The notes under the pieces are model-generated. The model ran no database searches. It was not told the DNA's origin and was given only the letters and a program-made list of their open reading frames with translations. This document shows, piece by piece, positions 1 to 12,691 of a stretch of 64,000 nucleotides of DNA (position 1 is its first letter; every line of letters starts with the position of its first letter). Made by a program: the position numbers and the translations under genes. This stretch comes from Octopus sinensis (taxonomy: Eukaryota): the NCBI RefSeq assembly GCF_006345805.1, contig NC_043012.1:9920001-9984000 (forward strand). Reading direction: 5' to 3'.

Positions 1-92
1 AGTCCTGGGGTCGATTTGCTCGATCGACTAAAGGCGGTGCTCCCGCATGGTCACAGTCAAATGACAGAAACAAGTAAAAGAGTTAAAGAGTA
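1..92 (+). mobile_element. SINE family A, 3' end (truncated by window edge)
   Basis: ggcggtgctcccgcatggtcacagtcaaatgacagaaacaagtaaaag matches the tail of the full copy at 19970-20375. Confidence 0.85.
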
Positions 93-203
93 ATACTAAA
101 ATAGTTATGGTTTATCATGTCCGGAATGGTGTTATACGTACAGCTGAGGAGATGTAACAAAACTATTGTAAACTCCTATTCTGAAGCAACTAAATATATG
201 TTT

Positions 204-430
204 TTTTATTGCCCGCAAGGGGCTAAAAATAGAGGGGAGAAACAAGGACAGACAAAGGCATTCAGTCGATTACATCCACCCCAGTGCGAAAATGGTACTT
301 TATTTATCGACCCCGAAAGGATGAAAGGCAAACTCGACCTCTGCGGAATTTGAACTCAGAACATAACGACAGACGAAATAGGGATAAGCATTTCGCCCGG
401 CGCGCTAACATGTCTGCCAGCTCGCCGCCT
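204..430 (-). mobile_element. SINE family B
   Basis: Reverse complement of aggcggcgagctggcaga...gagttcaaattccgc...cgggGTCGATaaat family seen many times in the window. Confidence 0.85.
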
Positions 431-493
431 TTCTTTAGCCGAACCCCTAAATATGGGGACATGAACACACCAATATCAGTTGTCCATTAATCG

Positions 494-537
494 TTGGGGG
501 ACAAAAAGAGACACAAAGACCACTCACACACTCACTC

Positions 538-603
<66 letters not shown>

Positions 604-792
604 ACTTACACACACATATATATATACACATACGACAGTCTTATTTCAGTGTTCGTCTACTAAATCCACTCAGAAGGCTTTGGTCGGCCCGAGGCCATAG
701 TTGAAGACATTTGGCCGAGGTGCCACGCAGTGAAACTGAAACCAGAAAGATTCTGTTTCATGTGGCTGGGAAGCACGCTTCTCACCACACAC
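494..792 (-). mobile_element. SINE family A, 5' half with internal (CA)n/(TA)n
   Basis: Matches 19970-20180 in reverse. Confidence 0.8.
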
Positions 793-1088
793 CCATATAT
801 ACCTGTGCATGTGTCTATGTGTTGTCCCCTCGCATACCTGTTGACAATCGTCGTTGTTTGTGTACCATACAAACCAGTGCAAGGTCATGGTCGCAGTCCG
901 AACACTGTAACGAGTAAAGCCTAAAGAATATTAACACTGCTCCTTTCAATTGTCAGCATGTGAAGAGATGGATAAAACATGTGTTGGTTCTGCCGGAGTA
1001 CAATATTCCAGAGTAGATCCGTTGTATTCTACAGGCTAATAACACTTTGTACTATATTTACAAGGTCTGAAATTTGGAGAACGGGCAC

Positions 1089-1445
1089 ATTCAATTACAT
1101 CGAACCCAGTGATTCACTGGTACGTAATTTATCGACCTCGAAAGTATGAAAGGTAAATGCGACCTCGGCATAATCTGAACTCAGAACGTAGCGTTAAACG
1201 AAATACCTATTTCTATTTCTTTCCTGCCCACAAGGGGCTACACACAGAGGGGACAGACACGGACAAACAAACGGTTTAAGTCGATTATATCGACCCCAGT
1301 GCGCAACTGGTACTTATTTAATCGACCTCGAAAGGATGAAAGGCAAAGTCGACCCCGGCGGAATTTGAACTCAGAACGTAGCGGCAAACGAAATACCGCT
1401 AAGCATTTCGCCCGGCATGCTAAAGTTTCTCCCAGCTCGCCATCT
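1089..1445 (-). mobile_element. SINE family B, dimeric
   Basis: Two B units joined at gaaatacctattt (about 1200). Confidence 0.85.
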
Positions 1446-2808
1446 TTTTTTACAAGGTAATGATAGAAAGTTACAATAAACCACAGAAAGATATAAGAAA
1501 AGTTTCACTCCCGTTAGATTTCATTGTAATAACAAGATTTAGAAATACTTAGTAGTAAATATTTGGCACGATATTACAAATATCTCATTGGAATATCGCT
1601 TTTGATATCTTCGTATGCGTAGGCAGGCATATGTATGTATGTATGCATGTTTCTATGTATGTACGTACGTATATATATATATATATATATAATATATATA
1701 TATATAATATATATATATTATATATATATATATATATATTATTACTATTATCAATATGTGTGCTTCCATACTTGTATGTGTATAAACAGGGAGAGAAGGA
1801 GGTATATATGTGTGTATGTATATATATATATATATATACACGCATGTATGTCTGTCCGTCCGTATCACAGTTATATATCCTCACGCATTTACTTATGCAA
1901 ATATATTCAGATGATAGTATGGAATTATGCATTTTCTGAAACAATAAATAAGATGCTTGAAAACGTATTTATCTTTGGGATAATCACATGAAATACATCT
2001 TTTAATCTTTAAAGCTATTTTCGATATCCCAATATTCTGATATTCTACGTATACATACATGCAATATTTATATATATATATATATAAAATATAATATATA
2101 TACTCTGTGTGTGTGTTTATGTATGCATTTATGTGTGTACGTACTGTTTCTCTTCTGTTTCGGATAGAGGTGAAAAGACCCATTGTATTTGTTTTGGGGA
2201 TTATCACATCATATTTTTGGAATTGTTGCAAATGCTGTTTCCCTGTTGCGCTTGTGTCTTTAAGCATAGTTTTTTTTCCACCACATCTTTTTTAATGTCT
2301 TACTCGGTCTTAGCTTTATGGACGAAATATTCCTTTACTTTCTGTTCCAAAACATTTATCTTCTACCCGCTTATCTCAACAGAAACGTTCAGATATGTTC
2401 CGTTTATGAACATCAGCGCATCTCGGACATATTTATTGCTATTGTTACTGTTTGTTAGAAGCGTATGTTCTTCAAATTGTCGTTGGTTATTGCAATCTTC
2501 GGATATCTATTGCAGCTAGATTCCCTTCGGTGACAGATAGATTTCGGAAAGTTTATTCATGTTTCATCTCTATAATGGAAAACAACTGCCAGTTGATAAA
2601 ACGCCCGCTCATTTTATGGTCACCCTCTGTTTGGTAGAGTAGTCTTTTCTGTTTTTGTTTTTTTTTTAGCCGTTAGAGTTGCGTCTTTCGTTGCTGCCTG
2701 TTTGCAACCCGTTGCGGAGAATTCAGAACAGTTGTCTGTTTTATAACGCACTTAATCATTTGTGACATTAGCACCCAAACACAACACACAGAGACTCATA
2801 CACCTACG

Positions 2809-2839
<31 letters not shown>

Positions 2840-2850
2840 ATTATGAACGT

Positions 2851-2883
<33 letters not shown>

Positions 2884-3005
2884 TTAATAAGGGTGAGAGA
2901 ATTAGATACTAATTTAATAGTATATTTATTCCACACCAAGTGGCCTAGTGCTACGAGAAACCTGGATTATTATAATTTTTATACATATTATAATATTTTC
3001 ACAAA

Positions 3006-3364
3006 ATAAATATAAGAGAGTGGTCACTATATTGATCACTCTAGCACCAGTTAATCCAAAAGGTTTCAACCACGAAATACATGTTTCCTCATGAAAGCCA
3101 AGTACGACTGTTAGCTCACACGGACAGGGCAAATAAAAATAACAAAATACAGATTATTTTGGGACAATTACATTTATTACATTTATTCATTAATAGCGAA
3201 ACAATTGTCCCAAAATAATCTGTATTTTTGTTATTTTTATTTGCCCTGTCCGTGTGAGCTAACAGTCGTACTTGGCTTTCATGGGAAACATGTATTTTCG
3301 TGGTTGAAACCTTTTGGATTAACTGGTGCTAGAGTGATCAATATAGTGACCACTCTCTTATATT

Positions 3365-3367
<3 letters not shown>
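3006..3367. repeat. Long inverted repeat (164/165-bp arms, 33-bp spacer) between (TA)n tracts
   Basis: 3006-3169 is the reverse complement of 3203-3367 apart from three 1-bp indels. Confidence 0.95.
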
Positions 3368-3395
<28 letters not shown>

Positions 3396-3452
3396 ATATA
3401 TATATATATATGTATGTATATATATAATATATATATATATATATTATTATAG

Positions 3453-3534
<82 letters not shown>

Positions 3535-3552
3535 ATATTATATAATAATAGA

Positions 3553-3584
<32 letters not shown>

Positions 3585-3586
<2 letters not shown>

Positions 3587-3914
3587 GAAGGCGCATGGCT
3601 CATGGTAAGAGCGTCGAGGTTACGATCGTGAGGTCGTGAGCTCGAATCCCGGACCGGCTGCGTGTTGTGTTCTTGAGTAAGACACTTTATTTCACGTTGC
3701 TCCAGTTCACTTAGCTGTAGAAATGAGTTGCGACGTCACAGGTGCCAAGCTGTATCGACCTTTGTCTTTCCCTTGGATAACACTGGTGCGTGGAGAGGGG
3801 AGGCCGGTATGCATGGGCGACTGCGGTCTTCCATAAACACCTTGCCCAGACTTGTGTCTAGGAGGGTAACTTTCTAGGTGCAATCCCATGGTCATTCATG
3901 ACCGAAGGGGGTCT
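3585..3914 (+). mobile_element. tRNA-derived SINE, head D with tail X
   Basis: A-box-like TGGCTCATGGT and B-box-like GCTCGAATCCC, followed by ttgagtaagacactttatttcacgttgctccag; inserted in (TA)n. Confidence 0.8.
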
Positions 3915-3915
3915 A

Positions 3916-3953
<38 letters not shown>

Positions 3954-3956
3954 ATA

Positions 3957-4028
<72 letters not shown>

Positions 4029-4041
4029 TATATATATTATA

Positions 4042-4106
<65 letters not shown>

Positions 4107-4382
4107 GTGGAGGCGCTTGGCTTAGTGGTTAGGGCAATCGGCTCGCGATTGTAAGGTCGTGAGTACGATTCCCAGCGACACGATGTGTCCTTGAGTTGTA
4201 CCTGTATTTCAAAGGGCCGGCCTTGTCGCACCCTATTTCACGCGCTGAATCTCCCTGAGAACTACGTTAGGGGTACGCGTGTCTGTGGATTGCTCAGTCA
4301 CTTGCTCGTTAATTTCACGAGCAGGCTGTTCCGTTGATCGTATCAGCTGGGACCCTCGTCGTCGTAACCGACGGAGTACTCC
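4107..4382 (+). mobile_element. tRNA-derived SINE, head D with tail Y, internally deleted
   Basis: TGGCTTAGTGG / GTACGATTCCC boxes; tail shared with 43015, 54606 and 55459 copies. Confidence 0.8.
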
Positions 4383-5041
4383 TTTATACATAGATAGACA
4401 GATAGATAGATAGATAGATACACATGCATCGATATATACGTAGATGCACACACGAAGATAAATATTTTTTTGTATATACATACATGCATACATCATATGC
4501 ATACACACACACAGAGATATGTAAGCATTGTATGAATTCAGTGAATAAAAATATCAAGTATCTTTGTTAAATATATTTTGTTCTTCTTTGGACTCTAGAA
4601 ACATCTGTTCTTTATATCGACATCTCACAATGGAATAGTGTAGATAAGTACAGAAATATAATCGATATAAGCAAAATTGTAATACAGTTTTAATGTTGAT
4701 TTAGGTAAATATTGATTGAAGGCCAGAGTATTATCGTTCACATGGTGTTTCGCAAAGACTTTAAGATCTATAAATAGGAATATATGTGGTTTACATTTTA
4801 AAGAGAAATACGTGCGCTGTTCAAAGGGTTGAGATTGACAGGAAATCAGCGGTATAATAAAATCATAGCAACATTGATTTGGTCTAAAAGCTGCAGGGGT
4901 TCTTCATTATTTATGAAGTGTTATAAAATAGTAATGACATTTACTCTACGCAATGTGGTATGAGAATTCCCAGTTTGATGCCAGCGGGCGAGGAATACAC
5001 AAGACTGACTTCAAATTCCATTATCATTATCGTCATTGTTT

Positions 5042-5618
5042 AAGGCTTCCAGCTGGCAGAAACGTTAGCACGCCGGGCGAAATGCGTAGCCGTATTTCGT
5101 CTGCCGTTATGTTCTGAGTTCAAATTCCGCCGAGGTCGACTTTGCCTTTCATCCCTTCGGGGTCGATTAAATAAGTACCAGTTACGCACTGGTGTCGATG
5201 TAATCGACTTAATCCGTTTGTCTCACCTTGTTTGTCCTCTCTGTGTTTGGCCCCTTGTGGGTAGTAAAAAAATAGGCATTTCGTCCGTGCTTACGCTCTG
5301 AGTTCAAATTCCGCCGAGGTCGCCTTTATCTTTCATCCCTTCGGGGTCGATTAAATAAGTACCAGTTACGCACTGGTGTCGATGTAATCGACTTACTCCG
5401 TTTGTCTGACCTTGTTTGTCCTCTCTGTGTTTAGCCCCTTGTGGGTAGTAAAAAAATAGGTATTTCGTCTGTCTTTACGTTCTGAGTTCAAATTCCGCCG
5501 AGGTCGACTTTGTCTTTCATCCTTTCTCGTCGATAAATTAAGTACCAGTGAAATATTGGGGTCGATCTAATCGATTTGTCTTCACTATCAAAATTTCTGG
5601 CCTTGTGTCTTTATTAGA
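5042..5618 (+). mobile_element. SINE family B, three tandem units
   Basis: g(t/c)atttcg unit starts at 5092, 5276, 5460 (184-bp period). Confidence 0.9.
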
Positions 5619-5949
5619 AAATATTAGTATTATCATTGTTCAATATTTGGCTGTTTCAGGCAAGTTTCTCCTGCTACACCTTCGTGTTGCTAGGGTGTAT
5701 ACAGCACTCAGTTCTTTGTCGTTGTTGGGAGTGTGCAAACACTTCCCGGTATTGTATTGCATCAATTTCTGTGTATTTCTTTATGAGGTGCGGTGCAGTC
5801 GTTTGTAGTATTAGTGTTTGTATTGTGTGTTCTGTGTATGATGTGTTAGGTAAGCGGCTGCTGGTGGTAATTTATTTCATTGGATATTTGCTCTATATAG
5901 AAGTTGCCTTGTGTTTGTCGATTCTTTTGTTTAGGTTGCGTTATTGAAT

Positions 5950-6900
5950 TCATAGTCTCTTGCCTAGGATGTGGGCTCTTCTTAGCAAGGCTATTTTTTA
6001 AGTAGTGTCTAGTGTTGAAGATCCAGGTATAGTTCTACATTTTAGTTCAATTTTTTTCTTTTGTCATTCCCAATGCCCCAATTATTACTGGTACTGCTTT
6101 CACCTTCTTGCCCCACATGTTGGATATTTCAATTTCGAGGTCTTTGGACTTTCGACAATTTCGTTACTTTTTTTGTACATCATTCTGGTCAGAAGGGACT
6201 GCAATGTATATCAGTAGGTAGGTGCTTTTTTTCCAATCCTTGATTATCATCTGGGATATTAAGTTTTATTATTTTTTGTCGTATTCCAGATGATTGTGGG
6301 CTGACCATGGTTATGTACCTTGTTTGGCACATGTTTATACTATGTATTGTCAGTTTTTATGTTGTAGTGTTGGAATAACGGCCAGTGGATATAACTGCTT
6401 ACGCAGTCATGTCTGGACAACTAGGGATGATGTGGTCAACTATCTCATTGTGTTTGATTTCACATTCTGCACTTCGTGTTTGGACAAATTTTCATTATTT
6501 TGCTTTTATAGTGGTTCGTAGTAAGACGTTGGTCTTGTGCAGCGAGAATCAACCCTTCCGTTTCAGCTTCTAGTTCAGAGCATTTGAGCCATAGTTGATT
6601 TTTACTAAGCTCAAATTTTCTCTGTCAAACCTTGCAAAGTAATGGCCATGGATCGATTTCTCCCTCCATTTCAGTATGTTTTTTAATTCTGTTTCTATAT
6701 ATTTTTTGTCTCTTTGACCATTACTACCATGCTGGCATCTGAGGTTGTGTATCAGTGTAATTTGTTTCTGTTTTGTATTTCAATCCCTTCCTGTGTATAG
6801 AGAAAAGCGTTTACTTTTTCTCGTGATGCTTTATTACAAGTAGTAGTCTTCCACATTTTGTTTCTAATTATTTTTCTAGTCCAACTGTTCTTATTTTATA
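5950..6900 (-). mobile_element. Decayed non-LTR retrotransposon 3' fragment, R4/Dong-like (zinc knuckle + restriction-like endonuclease)
   Basis: Minus-strand translation with stops/frameshifts: WREKSIHGH, AETEGLILAAQDQ, KCRM, VDHII..C, IAVPSDQN, KDLEIEISNMW, VPVIIGALG, RAHILGKRL*. Confidence 0.85.
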
Positions 6901-6934
6901 ATACGAGGGTGAGTCAAAACGTAGCGCCACCAGG

Positions 6935-7643
6935 AAGCATCATAGAAGTGGCTCAGCAAGGCTGACCTAAAAGAGAATACTGAAAGCATAATCATCGCTC
7001 TCTAGATATTAAATACCAACTCAGAGAAAACGGATATATACGACAGAATTCCACTGAACCTCTGCAGAATGTGTGGGAAGAGGGTCGAAAGTATGACTCA
7101 TATTGTTAGTGCCTGTGAAAGTCTTACAGAGAAAGAGTACAAGCCCAGACACGACAAGGTAGCCCAAAACATTCACTGGTTACTATACAGGAAACATGGA
7201 TACGAGGGAACAGGTGCTTGGTATCAACATACATCGGAAAAGTAATGGACGAAAAGTGGAAGGCAAAAATCCTCTGTAAATTTGACATCCAGATAGACAA
7301 AGTGTTAAAGCACTGAAGGCCGAATATTCTAACGTTTAGGAGGGACAAACAAGTGTGCCTAATAATTGACGAGACAATCTCAGGAGATCAACATATTATT
7401 ATGAAAAGTAGAGAAAATATTGATAACTATAGACACCTGAGAATTGACATCGCTAAGACGATAGAGCTACGTGTGTCAAACATTAAAGTTGTCCCTATTG
7501 TCATCGGAGCATTGTGTTCAATACCACCCAACCTGAAAAACAAGGCATCTGGAAACTTTAGAAAAACCCTACGAACTAGGTGTATTGCAAAATCGGTACT
7601 ACTTGGAATCGCACGCATATTGCGTAAAGTACTATCTGTCTGA
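6935..7643 (+). mobile_element. Decayed non-LTR retrotransposon 3' fragment, R4/Dong-like
   Basis: CRMCGKRVESMTHIVSAC (CCHC), RHDKVAQNIHW, VCLIIDE, VVPIVIGAL, SVLLGIARILRKVLSV*. Confidence 0.9.
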
Positions 7644-7657
7644 AGTATTTGTTACAA

Positions 7658-8168
7658 CTTCTAATCTTAACTGATTGGAAGGGTTATCATGTACATTGTT
7701 TTGTCTTGGTACAAAAGATGGGCGACAGCAAATATTCTGTTCAATAACACAGATTTGCTTATTAGTTGTTTGACAATTACCAATTCAGCATGTCGTTGTT
7801 GGCTGACGATATGTGCATCTCTGATCACGAGCAAAAGCAGTAGGGGAGCATCATAGCCATTTGTTGAGAGAAATTCTTTGCGATTTGAATAATTCACCTT
7901 TGGAAACATGAGTATTTTGTTCAAAATCCTTAAACAAACTTTATTCAGGGACCTTTTGAGCAGGGTGGGCTCCTCAGCCTGAACAAAATTCTAATTGGGC
8001 TCCACCTGCAAGTTTATGCGCTGTTTATCTTGATATAAGATTACCATGTCGCGCACATGCGTTTGCGATGCATTTACCTGGTGTGCCCCTATCAGACGGG
8101 TAGTCATGATGGCTATATTGGACTTCATATAATTGTACTCCAGTGTCACTTTGGTGGCTCTTTCACCC
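7658..8168 (+). mobile_element. Non-coding ~540-bp interspersed repeat (family E) with (AAT)n tail, 5'-truncated
   Basis: Reverse-complement homologue of 12927-13467. Confidence 0.85.
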
Positions 8169-8230
<62 letters not shown>

Positions 8231-8383
8231 TAATATTAATAAGTACAGTGAAAATAAGAGCATGAAGCACTTTCAATACAGTGAAAATGAGAGCTCCCCA
8301 ACAAGCAACAGCACATACACGCGGCACATACAGCTGAGCTCGGTAGTACAGTGAAAGCACGTCATAAAAATAAGACCACTGAA

Positions 8384-8447
<64 letters not shown>

Positions 8448-8514
8448 ACTACTAATACTACTACTACTACTAATAATAATAATGATGATAATAATAATAA
8501 TAATAATGATAATG

Positions 8515-8553
<39 letters not shown>

Positions 8554-8573
8554 TAATGATGATGATGATGATG

Positions 8574-8624
<51 letters not shown>

Positions 8625-8908
8625 TAATATTAATAAGTACAGTGAAAATAAGAGCATGAAGCACTTTCAATACAGTGAAAATGAGAGCTCCCCAACAAGC
8701 AACAGCACATACACGCGGCACATACAGCTGAGCTCGGTAGTACAGTGAAAGCACGTCATAAAAATAAGACCACTGAATACTACTACTACTACTACTACTA
8801 CTATACTACTACTACTACTACTACTATGCTGCTGCTGCTGCTACTACTAATACTACTACTACTACTAATAATAATATGATGATAATAATAATAATAATAA
8901 TGATAATG

Positions 8909-8948
<40 letters not shown>

Positions 8949-9047
8949 TAATGATGATGATGATAATAATAATAATAAATAATAATAATAATAATGATGA
9001 TGATGATGATGATGATAATGATGATGATGATGATGATGATGATAATC

Positions 9048-9090
<43 letters not shown>
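8169..9090. repeat. Compound AAT/ACT/GCT/GAT microsatellite block with a 394-bp tandem duplication
   Basis: Unique segment 8241-8383 recurs at 8635-8777. Confidence 0.9.
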
Positions 9091-9092
<2 letters not shown>

Positions 9093-10177
9093 GTACATCA
9101 CACGTATTGAGAAGAGCATTGTCGTGGTACATCACACGTATTCAGAAGAGCATTGTCGATGTGAGAACTGTTGCTGCTCATGTATTTTAATTTAACTTAA
9201 AAAAAAAAAATGAACGAACTATTGAGTTTGGTTTAATGGCCTACCAATGTATACTATGAGTTTCTTTGCCCTAGGAGTCGGGAAGACACTCGGCAAGAAA
9301 TGGAAGCAAATTTGAAAGAAGAAAAAAAAAATAATAATGATAATAATAACATTTACTATTATTTTCCAAACCCCAGAATGATGCAAAGCAAAATCTATCT
9401 CGGCAGAGTCAATGGTTACTAATGGGAGGTGGTCCTCATTGGATTCAATGTTTACTGATATTTGGCAATCGATTTAGAACAGTATTGACGAAGTGGTGCT
9501 CTCTGGCATTTCGAGTGCCTTAACTGGCAGTACTATTGAAAGGACAGCCTCCGCAAACGGACATTTTATTTGTTGTTTTCGGTTTTCCATAAGATTTACT
9601 TTTTCTGTTATTGCAGCCTCTGAGTACTGAAGTGGATTTGTATGGGGAAACTATTGTGCCCTAACCATTTTTGCCGTTATTGATATCAGATATGACAATC
9701 ACTTTGTTTTAGAGACGTTTCCTTCAAAATGTTAATACTTGAATCCACAATATTATTCTTCATTTTCTTTATTTCTGTGTGCTTTCTGTGCAGCTGTCTT
9801 TGTTATGGAGGCGGTTCACACCGACATAATGTATTGAAAATAGGTAGTTCAGAAGAATTCAAATGTTATCCTGAACCTAAAGGCAATTGAAAAATATCTT
9901 CTCATTTTTATAATAAATAATTTTCGTTAAAATGTTATTAAAACACATCATACAAATTGTCGTCGTCCTCTTCAACAACAATTACATTAACATATGCTCT
10001 AACGACCTCTACAGCAAGAAGAGCAATAATAATAATAATAATAATAATAATATATTCATATAGCTGTTGTTATGACTGGACAAAAAATTTGGTAGCATAC
10101 GTGCAGTTCCAAGCAACTCTGATTTTTCCATAGCTTTTTAATCCAGTCTAAAACCTTGCAATACTTTATTATCCGCC

Positions 10178-10350
10178 GAAGGTAGCAAGCTGGCAGAATG
10201 GTTAGCACGCCGGGCTAATACTTAGTGGCTTTTCGTCCACTTTGCCTGTCATCAATCGGGATTGATAAAATAAGAACCAACTGAATATTGGCGTCGATGT
10301 AATCACCTTACCCGTTTCCGTGAAATTACTGGCCTTGTGCCAAAATTGGA
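10178..10350 (+). mobile_element. SINE family B, decayed
   Basis: aaggtagcaagctggcagaatggttagcacgccggg head. Confidence 0.7.
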
Positions 10351-10884
10351 AACCATTATTTTATTATCTCCTTTTAATTTAACACTCCAATTTCGGTGAG
10401 GTGAACTTTGGCTTTCATCTTTCTATGGACGAAATGTAAATAGGATTCATCTCTTAGTGTCAGCGTACCCGATTCCCACTGCCTTGTAAATAAATGTCTG
10501 CAGGCATTATTATTATTTATTATAATACTGTGATAACGTTATTAATCACATAATTAGAGTGGATTTGCAATGTCGGTAAAGAGCACTGGAAATTTCTAAA
10601 TACATTACAATTAACTACATCCGACATTCTAAAAGTTCGGACTTATTCCAACATTAAATTAATATTGTTGATATTAATATCAATGCGAAACGCTATGAAT
10701 TTCCTCTTGTAGTTAGCCGATTTCCTTTACTCTAGTTGCTAATCTCTCCGAGAAAGATATTTTTATTTCGAAATTAAAAATCTATAAGATTTCTATATAA
10801 TGGAACAGAGGCAACGTTATCCTTACTGCCGAAAACCTCCAGGAGAAACAATCACTAAAACTCGGCTGTTCACTCTCATACTGT

Positions 10885-10930
<46 letters not shown>

Positions 10931-10970
10931 CATAAACACACATACATACATATACTAACGGATGTTCCTA

Positions 10971-11012
<42 letters not shown>

Positions 11013-11200
11013 TGCAGATAACCTTCTTGGCGATATCACCGATGTATTAACTCTCTCGAAATTGATACAATTAATTAATTGATCTAATTAAATGAGCTAA
11101 TTAAAGAAAGATATTTAACAAACTAGTCTCATTCCTACAACTAATCTGCTTGAATGTTAAATGTTCATTTCAATTTCCATTAATAGTATCTTCAGGTTCT

Positions 11201-11214
11201 ATAATAATAATAAC

Positions 11215-11309
<95 letters not shown>

Positions 11310-11414
11310 ATTAATAATAATGATGATGATGATAAAAATTATAATAATTACAATAATAATAAGAGTAATTATAATAGCAATAATAATGATGATGATAATG
11401 TTGATGACGATGAC

Positions 11415-11448
<34 letters not shown>
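11201..11448. repeat. (AAT)n/(GAT)n microsatellite
   Basis: Direct reading. Confidence 0.95.
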
Positions 11449-11450
<2 letters not shown>

Positions 11451-12633
11451 AGAGGAATATTTAGAGCACCATTCAACGAATATTATACTGGAAAACGATC
11501 ACGGTACCTGTCTTGAGCGTGAGTAGAACATTGTTAGATTATACAAATCGATTGTCACTTGCGATTCATCTTCCTGCATATCTCGAAACCAAATAGTACA
11601 TACTATTTACAAGATGACTGCGTGTTATCTGCTAGTTAAATGTATGATAAATGGCTTCTACTAAAACGGAGCTGAAACCAACAACCATAAATAACGTCTA
11701 ATACATGGCGACAACAAATACAATTTAACAACACTGACATTTTACACAGCTTCGTCTGCACTTTCATACATATGTTTTCTTCCGTTTGTTTTCGTGTTTT
11801 TCTGATGCTTCAGTTTTGATATAATGGGTATTACATACGTTTATCAGTCTGTTATGGCTTACTAGCTGTAAACATTCGCTTACATTGATTAAATATATAA
11901 TATGTATTGTAATTCGCTTCATGTATTGCAACAGGAGCAAGTGATATGAATGTGTGAGAAAAAAACAAAAACAAAAGGAAAACAAAATAAAACAATGAAA
12001 AACTCTGCTCGAAAAATTAGCCAATGATTGTAAGATGCTGTCAATAATTGAAACTGAATATGAAATATTCTGTATTATTTTATATTGTTATTTACTGATC
12101 CTATAATACTTCCGGAAATATTTTCCTTTTTAAATTGGAGAAAATATTAATTCTCTTTACAAAGGGGAATCTTAAGTTGAATACTATAACGATATTATTT
12201 TAACTTAAATATGTTCTTTACGGATGCTAGATTATTTCAGAAAGAAAGAGCCCTATACAATTAAAACATATTAAAACAATTCGAAGACAATTATTTTATT
12301 TCTTCTCTTTGAAAATGAAAATCTTTTCTCGAACGCTATAGGTTTATTAAATAAAAGATGTATCTTTACCCTCTGTTTTTGTTTATTGATTTTATCTTAC
12401 ATTTTTACCTAAATTCTTAACGGTATCGCTTAAGAGTAATTTCAAATATTTATGTTATTCATATAATAAATTATTTCCCAATACCGTATAGCTGATATAT
12501 GATAAGATGTCCTGTACAACCTGCACTGTGGTGTTAACTGATTGTATATGTATAACAGATACGTACGAATACAATGTATGTACAGGCTTTCGAAAACTAA
12601 TTTAAATTAGTACCTTATGTTACTTTAATGCAG

Positions 12634-12691
12634 GGAATCTTCGATGACTCAGATGCTTCGAATATATTTATACAATATCTGAAGGACAAAC
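12634..12691 (+). CDS. Candidate isolated 58-nt internal exon (GIFDDSDASNIFIQYLKDK)
   Basis: Acceptor ttatgttactttaatgcag|, donor |gtatgt, only phase 0 open; no transcript evidence. Confidence 0.3.

Noticed and set aside
3585-3660. tRNA-like sequences at SINE heads (also 4107, 19970, 21700, 43290, 54850, 55730, 61430)
   Set aside because: They have A/B boxes but no complete cloverleaf or acceptor stem, and run into SINE bodies.
5042-5618. Regularly spaced repeats resembling a CRISPR or satellite array
   Set aside because: Units are whole near-identical SINE-B bodies with no unique spacers, in a eukaryotic context with no cas genes.
9595-9665. Possible terminal exon PLSTEVDLYGETIVP* after a strong acceptor (ttttctgttattgcag)
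   Set aside because: Only 15 codons, no recognisable homology and no linked upstream exon.
11400-11525. DDDERGIFRAPFNEYYTGKRSRYLS* looks neuropeptide-like (GKR); gtgagt donor at 11519
   Set aside because: The upstream frame is a frameshifted microsatellite, there is no signal peptide, the acceptor is weak, and 22 open codons is unremarkable.
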